Assembly: GCA_963804995.1 (NCBI GenBank)
Contig: CAWDSK010000003.1
Coordinates: forward strand, 1,600,001 to 1,664,000
Length of the DNA: 64,000 nucleotides
From: an uncultured Acidobacteriota bacterium
GTDB lineage: Bacteria; Acidobacteriota; Terriglobia; UBA7540
Reading direction: 5' to 3'
The position numbers and the translations under genes were made by a program. The notes below the pieces were generated by a model. It was given only the letters and a program-made list of their open reading frames with translations. It did no database searches and had not been told where the DNA came from. Positions 1-8,310 of the stretch are shown here, one piece after another. Within the stretch, counting starts at the first letter, position 1. Every line of letters starts with the position of its first letter.

Positions 1-533
1 ACAAATGCAGGAGAGTGACCGGCATTCTTGACCACGAACTGCAAAGTAAGATTCATACCAGTATTATCGAATGTCAACGGCATGACGGGGGCAATATCGG
101 CAAAGACCCAAGGGCGCTCGGAGAGTTCCAATTGCCTGGTTGCCGTGTCAGCAGCACGTTTGGCAGCATCAGCGCTGATTCCGGCCTTGTCTGTGGCTAT
201 TTTCATTTGATCAAGCATCTTGGAATTGATGCAAGCGTAGTAAGCGGCAGCCATAAAAGCAAGCGTCGTAGCGATAGCAATGACCCTCTGTACCCTCAGG
301 TGATCCTTATCGCTGGTGCGTCTTTCATCTTGTACTGCTTCTGGTATTTGCAGTTCCGCCTTGAGAACTTGAGGTCTTTTCCCCTCCTCCTGCTGCTGTC
401 GGTTTGCGGCTTCTTGCTGGTCGCGTATGGATCCTATTTGGTTTTGGACTCCCAAGAGTATCGTACCGAGTGCCCGCAGTTCGGCGAGCATCCTCTTGCC
501 CAACATGAAGATTCCCCGGCTGAAGTCGTCCAT
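1..533 (-). CDS. Hypothetical single-TM membrane protein (partial, runs off window start)
   Basis: Manual translation from ATG at 533 is open to the window edge: MDDFSRGIFML...VIAIATTLAFMAAAYYACI (TM)...AADTATRQLELSERPWV...VKNAGHSPAF. Not in the ORF track because it has no stop codon. Confidence 0.7.
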   Translation of the reverse strand, partial: MDDFSRGIFMLGKRMLAELRALGTILLGVQNQIGSIRDQQEAANRQQQEEGKRPQVLKAELQIPEAVQDERRTSDKDHLRVQRVIAIATTLAFMAAAYYACINSKMLDQMKIATDKAGISADAAKRAADTATRQLELSERPWVFADIAPVMPLTFDNTGMNLTLQFVVKNAGHSPAF

Positions 534-670
534 GAAACTCTTGTCTTTAACTATCTAATTGAAAGAAAAATAAAGCGTGATTATATACTCGAATAGGTGT
601 TGCGGTACGCTCTTGCGCTATATAGCTGGTTGAGCGAAGGCCAGCCACTTAGAAAGAGAAAGGAGGTTAA

Positions 671-1369
671 TTACTCACGCCCGAAGTCTCTGAACCAACC
701 CTTTATTCTCTTGTGCTGAATTGAAAGGAGCCACGTTACACAATTAGGGCAAACAAATCTCCTTCCGTACCCAGCAAGCCCTCAACGGAGCCGATCTTTT
801 CGGTCTGCGACCTCGTAATTCCAGAACACCAACCCTTTCTCCTTCTGAATGGCTCGATCAACATCCTCTCGTATTACCTTGGCATAGAGGTTCTTGTCAT
901 CACCGGTTTCAAAGAATGAGCTACATAACCCACATTTTGCCACCGCGAGGTTCTCTAGCAACCCTAAGTTAAGCCTCGGGATTGGGTTATAAAAGGGACT
1001 GGACAGAACCTCGGTGCATTTTCTTTTCCGAATCCGAATGAGCCCTACACCGAGATGCCCGGCGACTTGTAATTCTTCTGGTGTGAATGACTTTTCTCTT
1101 ATGTCGGCCAAATAAACCCGGTTCGCGTAGACGTTGTAACTCAGAGTCTGTCCACAAGCTCGTGCGAAGGGATCATGCCCACGCTTTACTTCGATAATTA
1201 TCATTTCCACATCGCCAGAGAGGTCTCCACCGACATCCCGAACACCAATAATGTCGGCGATGCTGTAGCTTCTCAGGCCTTTGTTTACATCTACCTTGAA
1301 GCAGAGAAATTGTTTTTTCATCCATTTCTTAACAACTGGATACAGGGTTTTCTCAAGTAGGGGTTTCAT
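671..1369 (-). pseudogene. PD-(D/E)xK nuclease-like protein with C-terminal CxxC..CxxC, interrupted by an in-frame TGA at 782-784
   Basis: ATG at 1369 (MKPLLEK). ADIIG...IIIEVK...GQ..SY...ANRVYLA motif and KCGLC. Beyond the TGA the frame continues 36 codons (GLAGYGRRFVCPNCV...) to TAA at 671-673. Confidence 0.6.
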
Positions 1370-1427
1370 GCTGTGAGAGTGTACACGGCGCGGTGGGGTT
1401 TTCCTATAGTGTTCATCTTCGCGGGCA

Positions 1428-1515
1428 GGTTGGCGCAGAGCACAGATCTCCGTTGTTGTGCACAAGGTGGGCAGGCTCAGAGACGTGAGTCGCAGAGCTG
1501 CGCTCTGCGCCAGCC
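1428..1515. repeat. REP-like long inverted repeat immediately 5' of the intron
   Basis: ggttggcgcagagcacag ... ctgcgctctgcgccagcc; 18-bp arms with 2 mismatches. Confidence 0.7.
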
Positions 1516-1517
1516 GG

Positions 1518-2144
1518 GTGTGCCGAGCATGTTCGACAGCTTGGAGGTGCAAGTCCTCTACCCAACCTGATGGAGGTGAAGGGTTAGCGAAGCGCAAGGG
1601 CGTCGTCGCGAGGCGGGGTCTGAAGGAAGCGTGGAACAAACGTGCGAGCCGATGGACAAAAACCGGATACAAGGCGTGAGCGTTGGGCGAGCGGGCCCGG
1701 TTTCGCGAAGCCCAATTCCATCAAAGGCGCAGAGCGTAGATTCGGCGGCGCTGCACGGAAGGCGGTCGAACTTACCTCGGGAGATCTGCCGTAGGTCACG
1801 AAGTCGTGACTGAGGGTGATGTAAATCATCCTGACCCAGCGGCAGAAGTCAGCATAGGGCATATTAGTCCCGGTTGATCGGGACGAAGGCCCGAACCGTG
1901 ATCGTGAACAGTAGTGCGCGTTTCTCAAGGACGGCCATGCACCAGCCTATCCGCTTCGGCGGAGCTACCCAGGGACGGATTGGGTGAAGCCCGAAAGGAA
2001 ACTGGGAGCGGTGAAGCCTCCTCGGCGAAACGCGTATCGAACCTCCGGCCCCTGCGGGCTCAAGTCACGGAACCGCCGTATACGTGCTCCGTACCTACGG
2101 TGGTGTGGGAGGGGTGAGCGGGCAACTGCTCCCCCTATCCCGAT
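1518..2144 (+). ncRNA. Group II intron, class IIC, ORF-less (RT gene deleted)
   Basis: 5' GTGTG; DI motifs ggtgcaagtcc, gcaagggcgtc..tctgaaggaagcg, cttacctcgggagatctg; DIII cagaagtcagc..gaaggcccgaac; DV gaaccgccgtatacg..ccgtacctacggtggtgt (CGC triad) from 2070; DVI ending ctatcccgat. Confidence 0.9.
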
Positions 2145-2206
2145 CCGTAACTACCAGCCTTATCCGACGAAGTGCGCCCCGGACGTGCAATAGGTCAAGG
2201 AGTATG

Positions 2207-2774
2207 GTAGCGCAGAGTCTCATGCTTTCCGAGACTCTGCGGCTTTTCGTTTCTTGGGCGCGACCTCCTCTATTCCCTGTTCCCTGTCTTTTGGTGTGTT
2301 AATAATACAGTGGATGTTTATCAAATTAAGAGCCGCAGAGTGTGAAAGGCACACACTCTGCGCTACCCTTCGGCCCCACCATGGGTTGCTTGGCACGGTT
2401 CGACGTGACGCATACATAAAAGACAATGTATGCGCCACCCACTCATGGTCAGGAGCAGGGTAGCGCAGAGTCTCATGCTTTCCGAGACTCTGCGGCTTTT
2501 CGTTTCTTGGGTGCGACCTCCTCTCGCCTTTCTTGCTGGCCACTCGTCACTGTCCTTTATGACCTCCTCTTTTCCCAATTCCTTATTCTCTGTTCCCTGT
2601 TCCCTATTCCCTGTTCCCTGATTTTGGTGTGCTAATAACACAGTGGATGTTTATCAGATTAAGAGCCGCAGAGTGTGAAAGGCACACACTCTGCGCTACC
2701 CTTCGGCCTCACCTTGGATTGCTTGGCAAGGTTCGAAGTGACGCATACACAAAAGACCCTGTATGCGCCACCCA
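2207..2774. repeat. Two tandem copies of a REPIN-like composite repeat (about 2207-2441 and 2459-2774)
   Basis: Each copy: ggtagcgcagagtctc..gagactctgcgg, spacer, gagccgcagagtgtg..cacactctgcgctacc, then gcatac..gtatgcgccaccc. Copy 2 has expanded ttccctg heptamers. Confidence 0.85.
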
Positions 2775-2920
2775 CGGGGGCGTTGTGCGTAAACCACCGT
2801 AATCGAACCGCCGAAGCCCAGGTAAACGCTGCGCGACCAGGCAGGGGTTTTAGCTGATCCAGCCCCGTTGACCGCCGCGCAAAGAAACTGTACACTTCAA
2901 ATAGTTGAAACGGAGAGTTT

Positions 2921-3229
2921 ATGGCCACGCTCACAACCCCAGGCAAGAAGGGCACAATCGTGGTTTCTGCCTTGCGCGCCCGCGAGAATTTTGGGAGGCT
3001 TCTTAGTCGTGTCAATGATGAGCGCCGATCGCTCATTATCGAAAAACGCGGAATTCCCAGGGCCGTACTGCTCAGCATCCGCGATTATGTCAAGCTTGCC
3101 GCACCCGAGCCCGAGGTCTTAAGGGTGATAGGTGAGGAGTCCGAGCGGAACGGCACGAACCGGTTGACCTCACGCCAAATCGACCAGATCATCAGGACTT
3201 CGCGGTCGAGAACCATAGCTATACCGTAA
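2921..3229 (+). CDS. Phd/YefM-family type II antitoxin
   Basis: VSALRARENFGRLLSRV...SLIIEKRGIPRAVLLSIRDY; RBS ggag upstream. Confidence 0.8.
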   Translation: MATLTTPGKKGTIVVSALRARENFGRLLSRVNDERRSLIIEKRGIPRAVLLSIRDYVKLAAPEPEVLRVIGEESERNGTNRLTSRQIDQIIRTSRSRTIAIP

Positions 3230-3438
3230 CCCCGACAAGGCCGCTGGAAGTCACACCCGATCCTGACGACAATGTCTTCCTGGAATGTGCCGATGCCGCG
3301 CGAGCAGACTATCTGGTGACCGGCAACCAGAAGCATTTCCCGAGATTCTGGAAGAAAACCAAAATCATAACGCCCCGAGAATTTATAAGTCTGGCGGCTC
3401 CCCACTTAATGCGCACACACAAAGGCCCTCATCCTTGA
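3208..3438 (+). pseudogene. PIN-domain toxin, C-terminal half only
   Basis: Reads ENHSYTVTPTRPLEVTPDPDDNVFLECADAARADYLVTGNQKHFP...KIITPREF; no start codon or N-terminal half. Confidence 0.8.
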
Positions 3439-3445
3439 GGAACTG

Positions 3446-3643
3446 GTAGCTACGGAGTCGCCGCGGTTGAAAGTCCGCCAATCTTAATGGTGGGCGACCT
3501 TTACTGTCCGTGGGTCCTCCGCTCGGCCCACCCTTGGATTGCTGGGCACGGTTCGAAGTGACGCATACATAAAAGACAATGTATGCGCCACCCACGCGCC
3601 TGAGAAAAGCCCACGGTCAGAAATGCGCTGACCGTGGCTACCA
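3446..3643. repeat. REP/REPIN-like composite
   Basis: ggtagctacgg..aaagtccgccaatcttaatggtgg (inverted copy at about 37051-37123); gcatac..gtatgcgccaccc; cccacggtcag..ctgaccgtggctacc. Confidence 0.75.
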
Positions 3644-3706
3644 CTACAACGCCAGCCTGTCGACGAAGTGGCGCCGGACGTATAATAGGTCAAGGAGTAG
3701 GGAGCC

Positions 3707-4267
3707 GTGGCCAAGCGTCAACCCAAAATTCACAACCAACTCGGCCGAGCCGCAGTCCGGATCTTTACCGCCAATGATCGCCTGAACCAGATTCTTATCG
3801 AACACCTTGACCCTGCCGTCTGGAAAGCCAAGCCGCCCGGCAAGGTCCGCACCATTGCGGCGATCTTCACGCACGTGCACAATGTCCGCACCAAGTGGGT
3901 CAGGCTTACCGCTCCGCACCTGAAGGTTCCAGCCCAGCTCAACCGCTCGCACTCAACGCCGCAGCAGGCCCGGGCGGGATTGGCGGAAAGCGCCGCTCGC
4001 TGCGCGGAGATGCTCGCCGAAGCGCTCGACGGTGGTGGGGGCCGCGTCGAGAAATTTCACAGAGACGGCTGGGCTAAGCCTTGGCCGGTGGGCCTGGAAA
4101 TGCTCTGCTACATGATTTCTCACGAAGCCCACCATCGTGGCCAGGTGTGCATGCTCGCGCATCAACTCGGATTCCCGTTGCCGATCAAGGTGGCGTCCGG
4201 GATGTGGAATTGGGAAAAGCTGTGGAAAGAGTGCGGGTGGCCGGGCGGCCCCGGGTGCGATTCTTAG
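3707..4267 (+). CDS. DinB/YfiT-family protein
   Basis: RTIAAIFTHVHNVR and HEAHHRGQ His motifs; TATAAT at 3681 and aggag/ggag upstream. Confidence 0.8.
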   Translation: MAKRQPKIHNQLGRAAVRIFTANDRLNQILIEHLDPAVWKAKPPGKVRTIAAIFTHVHNVRTKWVRLTAPHLKVPAQLNRSHSTPQQARAGLAESAARCAEMLAEALDGGGGRVEKFHRDGWAKPWPVGLEMLCYMISHEAHHRGQVCMLAHQLGFPLPIKVASGMWNWEKLWKECGWPGGPGCDS

Positions 4268-4308
4268 GGAATCGGGCATGGGCCGCCCGGGCATGGGCTG
4301 CGCCAGAT

Positions 4309-4498
4309 GGTAGCCACGGTCAGCGCATTTTCTGACCGTGGGCTCTTCCGTTGGGCCCCACCTTGGATTGCTTGGCACGGATCGACAAGTTCGGTCGAGC
4401 TGTCGACTGCCCGATTAAGATTGTCTAGGCACAACGCCCCTGGGGGTATCGCGCGTGAGAAAAACCCACGGTCAGAAAATGCGCTGACCGTGGCTACC
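4309..4498. repeat. REPIN-like pair of inverted GTAG-type REPs
   Basis: ggtagccacggtcag..ctgaccgtggg and cccacggtcag..ctgaccgtggctacc. Confidence 0.75.
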
Positions 4499-4630
4499 AG
4501 CATTCTCTCTGCTGGATGTTACAACCCCCCTCACCTGTCAGTCGGCTTGTCCAAATTACGCGCATATGGACGGGTAACGATCTGCAGCTCCGCCGCATGC
4601 TGTCATGAAAACTGGTGCGCCGAAGGCACT

Positions 4631-4734
4631 TTGGAGTGCGGTCGCAGCAGCTACCGCCTTCCGCCTTCGGTCCAGACGGCAAATAGGTGAGGCCCGAAGG
4701 AAGAAAAGCGGTAGCTGCTGCGACCGCACTCCAA
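4631..4734. repeat. Long perfect inverted repeat (REPIN-like)
   Basis: 27-bp arms ttggagtgcggtcgcagcagctaccgc / gcggtagctgctgcgaccgcactccaa. Confidence 0.8.
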
Positions 4735-4896
4735 GGCGCTGCGCGCATTTTCATCGTCAGCGGGTAGCCTCACCCTTGACTCCCGCGCGTGGCGGCCTCA
4801 AAATGAATTTGGGGCTGTGAGTTTTCTCTGTCGGCATAAAAATCATGATCCAAATTGGAGACGGGTCAGGCCCGGACCGCGCCTCCCCACTAGCGC

Positions 4897-5847
4897 ATGC
4901 GACCATCCTCTTACAACGGCCCTCTCTTCCGCAGGTTGCGGAATCCCAGCCTGGCCTTGCTTGCCTGGGCACTGCTCGCGTGGCCAGCCTTCGCACAAAC
5001 CTCCTCGAGTACGGTCACCTGCGATTCCTATTCCAGCACCATCCTGGGGCACGCCGTAAGCTACTGCGTGGCGCTGCCGCCGGGCTACGATGCGGGCACC
5101 CAGCGCTATCCGGTGCTTTACTATCTCCACGGCCTCTTTGAACATGAAAAAAGTTGGAGCGAGCGTAGCGGCCAGCACATTTGGGAAGACCTGATGAGTC
5201 AAGGCAAGATTGGTGACTTCATTGTGGTGATGCCCGACGGCGGCAAGACTTTCTACGTGAACTCGCTTGACGGCCACGAGCGCTATGAAGACTTCTTCGT
5301 ACAGGAATTTGTCCCGGCGATCGACCAGAGATATCGCACGGTAGCGACCCGCGAGGCGCGTGGCATCACGGGCACCTCGATGGGCGGCTTCGGAGCGCTG
5401 CACCTGGGCATGCGGCATCCGGACGTGTTTGGTTCAGCCAGCGCGCACAGTGCGGCGTTGATTTCGAAATTTCCCGACCCGCTGCCTACCGAAGGACGCT
5501 GGGGGTTTTACGCGAAAGTGCTGCAAGGGCCTTTCGGCGCCCTCCTCAACGAGGCCTATTTTGACGCCAATAATCCCCTCACCCTGGCCGAGCATCCCGA
5601 TCGCTTTTCGAATTTGAAAGTCTACTTCGACTGCGGCGACCAGGACCGCTACGGCTTCGACGAAGGCGCCAAGCTGCTGGACCAGACGCTTACGGCCAAG
5701 GGTTTTGCGCATGAGTTCGCCATGCGCTCCGGCAACCATGGCTGGAGTTACCTCGGCCAGTATTTGCCTTATTCGCTGGAATTCCACTGGAAGATCTTCA
5801 GTCAGGCGGAGGGCGTGAAGGCTGCCGCCAAGCGAGGCTCGCCATGA
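4897..5847 (+). CDS. Secreted esterase, alpha/beta hydrolase
   Basis: YPVLYYLHG, GTSMGG nucleophile elbow, GNHGW; signal peptide ending AFA. Confidence 0.85.
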   Translation: MRPSSYNGPLFRRLRNPSLALLAWALLAWPAFAQTSSSTVTCDSYSSTILGHAVSYCVALPPGYDAGTQRYPVLYYLHGLFEHEKSWSERSGQHIWEDLMSQGKIGDFIVVMPDGGKTFYVNSLDGHERYEDFFVQEFVPAIDQRYRTVATREARGITGTSMGGFGALHLGMRHPDVFGSASAHSAALISKFPDPLPTEGRWGFYAKVLQGPFGALLNEAYFDANNPLTLAEHPDRFSNLKVYFDCGDQDRYGFDEGAKLLDQTLTAKGFAHEFAMRSGNHGWSYLGQYLPYSLEFHWKIFSQAEGVKAAAKRGSP

Positions 5848-6755
5848 GGGATCGAGGCCTGCGAACCCTGCTGCTTGCGTCCCTGCTCACGTGGAGCGGC
5901 ATCGCAGGATTTGCTCAATCCGCTGCCGAAACGCGCGTGCTCGATTACATCCGCGACCATCTTGAAGCTGGAAGGCCGCTGATTGTCACTGACCTCTATA
6001 ACAATGTTTTCACCCAACCCGACGAACGGCAGGCTCTTGACAAGCTCTACCGCGCCTTCTTCCGCATTCCTCTTTTTGTGGCAAATTATCAGGAGAAGTT
6101 CGGTTCGCCGCCCAGCCTTAAAATCATTGCTGAACAATTCGATTTGGGATCGCCTCAGGCGGCGGAAGTCCTGCTGCGGGTGATGGAGTCGGACCCGCGC
6201 GTGCCGCGTTTTCTCACGCGCGATCCCCAAACCGGTGAAATCACGCACGTGGATGTGGAGAAGATCAAGGCGGACCCGAAGTTCGGCCAGGCCCTGGATC
6301 GCCAGATCAGCGGTTGGGAGGGCAAGCCCGCGCCGGACTTCACCCTGGCTCGCCTGGGCGGCGGTAATGTCCACCTGCATGACCTCGCAGGCAAAGTGGT
6401 TTTGCTGGAGGTCTGGTTCACGGGTTGCCCACCCTGCATGCAGGAAACGCCTGCGCTCGTGACGCTGGATCACGAAATGTCCGCGCGCGGCCTGGCCATC
6501 ATCGGAGCCAATGCCGACCGCGCCCTGGGCCTCACCTATGATGACGGTGTGCGGCAACACTATGTCCAGGAGCACCACATCGCGTATCCCATCGTCCACT
6601 GGACGCGCGAGAGCGATCAAGCTTACGGAGGCATCGCGGTTTTCCCCACGCTATTTCTGATCGATCAAAAAGGACTTGTCAGGGCACACTGGATCGGGTA
6701 TGTAAAAGCTGACGATTTGCGGCAAGCAATCACCACAGCTTTGAAAGAGAAGTAA
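5844..6755 (+). CDS. TlpA-like thiol-disulfide oxidoreductase with N-terminal extension
   Basis: APDFTL...GKVVLLEVWFTGCPPC...PTLFLID; ATGA overlap with the esterase. Confidence 0.8.
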   Translation: MRDRGLRTLLLASLLTWSGIAGFAQSAAETRVLDYIRDHLEAGRPLIVTDLYNNVFTQPDERQALDKLYRAFFRIPLFVANYQEKFGSPPSLKIIAEQFDLGSPQAAEVLLRVMESDPRVPRFLTRDPQTGEITHVDVEKIKADPKFGQALDRQISGWEGKPAPDFTLARLGGGNVHLHDLAGKVVLLEVWFTGCPPCMQETPALVTLDHEMSARGLAIIGANADRALGLTYDDGVRQHYVQEHHIAYPIVHWTRESDQAYGGIAVFPTLFLIDQKGLVRAHWIGYVKADDLRQAITTALKEK

Positions 6756-6805
6756 CTTTCCGCCCCGCGCCAAGTGGCGCGTGCTTCGGCAAAGGAGATA
6801 TACCT

Positions 6806-7319
6806 ATGAAAAGCCGGATTGTTTTGGGACTCGCAGTTGTTTTCGCGCTGGCGTGGCTGACGCAAGCGACTCTTGCCCACGGCAACGATCGCGGCAACGT
6901 CAAGGCCACTATCGGCGGCGCGCAAGTGACGATTGACTACGGCCGCCCCTCACTTAAGGGACGCGATCCACTTAGCCTCATCAAGCCCGGCGAGGTGTGG
7001 CGCATCGGCTCAGACGCTTCCACCACCATCGAATCCGATAAAGACTTGCTGGTGGGCGGTACCAAAGTTGAGAAGGGGAAGCACATCCTGCTGGCCCGTT
7101 TTGACGGCCCCGGCAAGTGGTCGCTGGTGGTTTCGAGCAAACCCTGGAACCAATATGACCCCAGCGGGAAAATCGCGGAAACGCCCATGAAGTTTGAGCA
7201 GGCGGCGGATGCAGTTCGAGACGGTCACCCTCAAGCTCACGGACAAGAAAGGGACCGGCGTGATTCAAGTCGCGTGGGGCAAGATGCGGTTGACGGCTGA
7301 ATTCAAGGTCGCCCCGTAA
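6806..7319 (+). CDS. DUF2911-like secreted protein (+1 frameshift near 7215)
   Basis: IDYGRPSLKGR...VWRIGSD..TT. Removing one T at 7215 gives ...AVETVTLKL...IQVAWG...FKVAP*. Confidence 0.75.
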
Positions 7320-7362
7320 CCGGCACGTTTCTCAGTACGCGAATATCGCAGACAGAATAATC

Positions 7363-8140
7363 ATGCCACCCATCCGAGTGCTGGCACTCTTCGCTCACCC
7401 CGATGACGCCGAGTTTCTCTGCGCGGGAACGCTGGTTCACCTCGTTCGAGCATGGCGCCTCCTTGCACATCGCCACTATGACGGCGGGGGACTGCGGCAG
7501 CACCATCCTGCCCCCCGCCAAGATCATGCGCATTCGCCGGCAGGAAGCGCAACGCTCCGCGGCGATGCTGGGGGCGGACTATACCTGCCTTGAGCAACTC
7601 AACTTGCTGGTGCTTTACGATCGCCGGACATTACTCAAGGTGACGGAACTTGTCCGCCGCGTCGACCCCGACCTGGTGTTCACGCACGCGCCACAGGACT
7701 ACATGGTGGATCACGAAACCGCCAGCCGGCTATGCCAGACGGCCTGCTTCGGCTGCTCCGCGCCAAATCTACGCACCGCCGTTCGTCGTGCTGCCAAAGC
7801 CACACGCGCCATTCCACACCTCTACTACTCCCAACCCTTTGGGAATCGAAACATCCTGGGCAAAGAGGTATTTCCCAACATCGTCGTGGACATTGGCCCC
7901 ACGCTCGAACGCAAAGAGAAAATGTTGGCCTGCCACGAAAGCCAGCGCGCCTGGTTGAAGTTTCAACAGGCTGTCCCGGAGGTCAACGAACCCCTGCGCC
8001 TGATGGCCACACGCGCCGGCGAACTGGCCGGCTTTCGCTGGGCAGAGGGTTTCCGGCAGCACCTCGGCCAGGGATTCCCGCAGGATAATCTGCTCGCCGA
8101 ATTGTTGGGAGACTTGGTGCGGCCGGCCCGATCTATTTGA
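7363..8140 (+). CDS. PIG-L/LmbE-family deacetylase (+1 frameshift near 7445)
   Basis: AHPDDAE in the first frame; TAGDCG, RRQEA, DYMVDH, ACHESQ, AEGF in the next frame. Confidence 0.85.
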
Positions 8141-8310
8141 GCCGCTTCTTCCTCAGGGTATGGGGCAACTAATGGGGTAGTACTCCCGGTATTAACTCTC
8201 GAAAGTTTGGCCTGTGCTTCGTTTCTTCCCTCTACGCGACACCCCGCAGAAGTATAATGGCTATGTAGTCTTGGAAAGATTTGACGTCAGGGTAATGGGT
8301 AAACTTCGGG

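Noticed and set aside
15..596. 193-aa plus-strand ORF
   Set aside because: Shadow of a more protein-like minus-strand ORF (1-533).
540..670. Possible attC site or integron cassette array, prompted by the IIC intron and small accessory genes
   Set aside because: aattaac..gttaaag does not fit RYYYAAC/GTTRRRY well, I see no internal dyad, and there is no integron integrase in the window.
782..784. Selenocysteine TGA
   Set aside because: The position is not part of a Cys motif and no convincing bacterial SECIS hairpin follows.
1370..1672. N-terminal 101 codons of the 296-aa ORF 782-1672
   Set aside because: Antisense read-through of the intron and hairpin; the likely start is ATG 1369.
2207..2774. 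CRISPR array
   Set aside because: Only two long composite units without unique spacers, and no cas genes.
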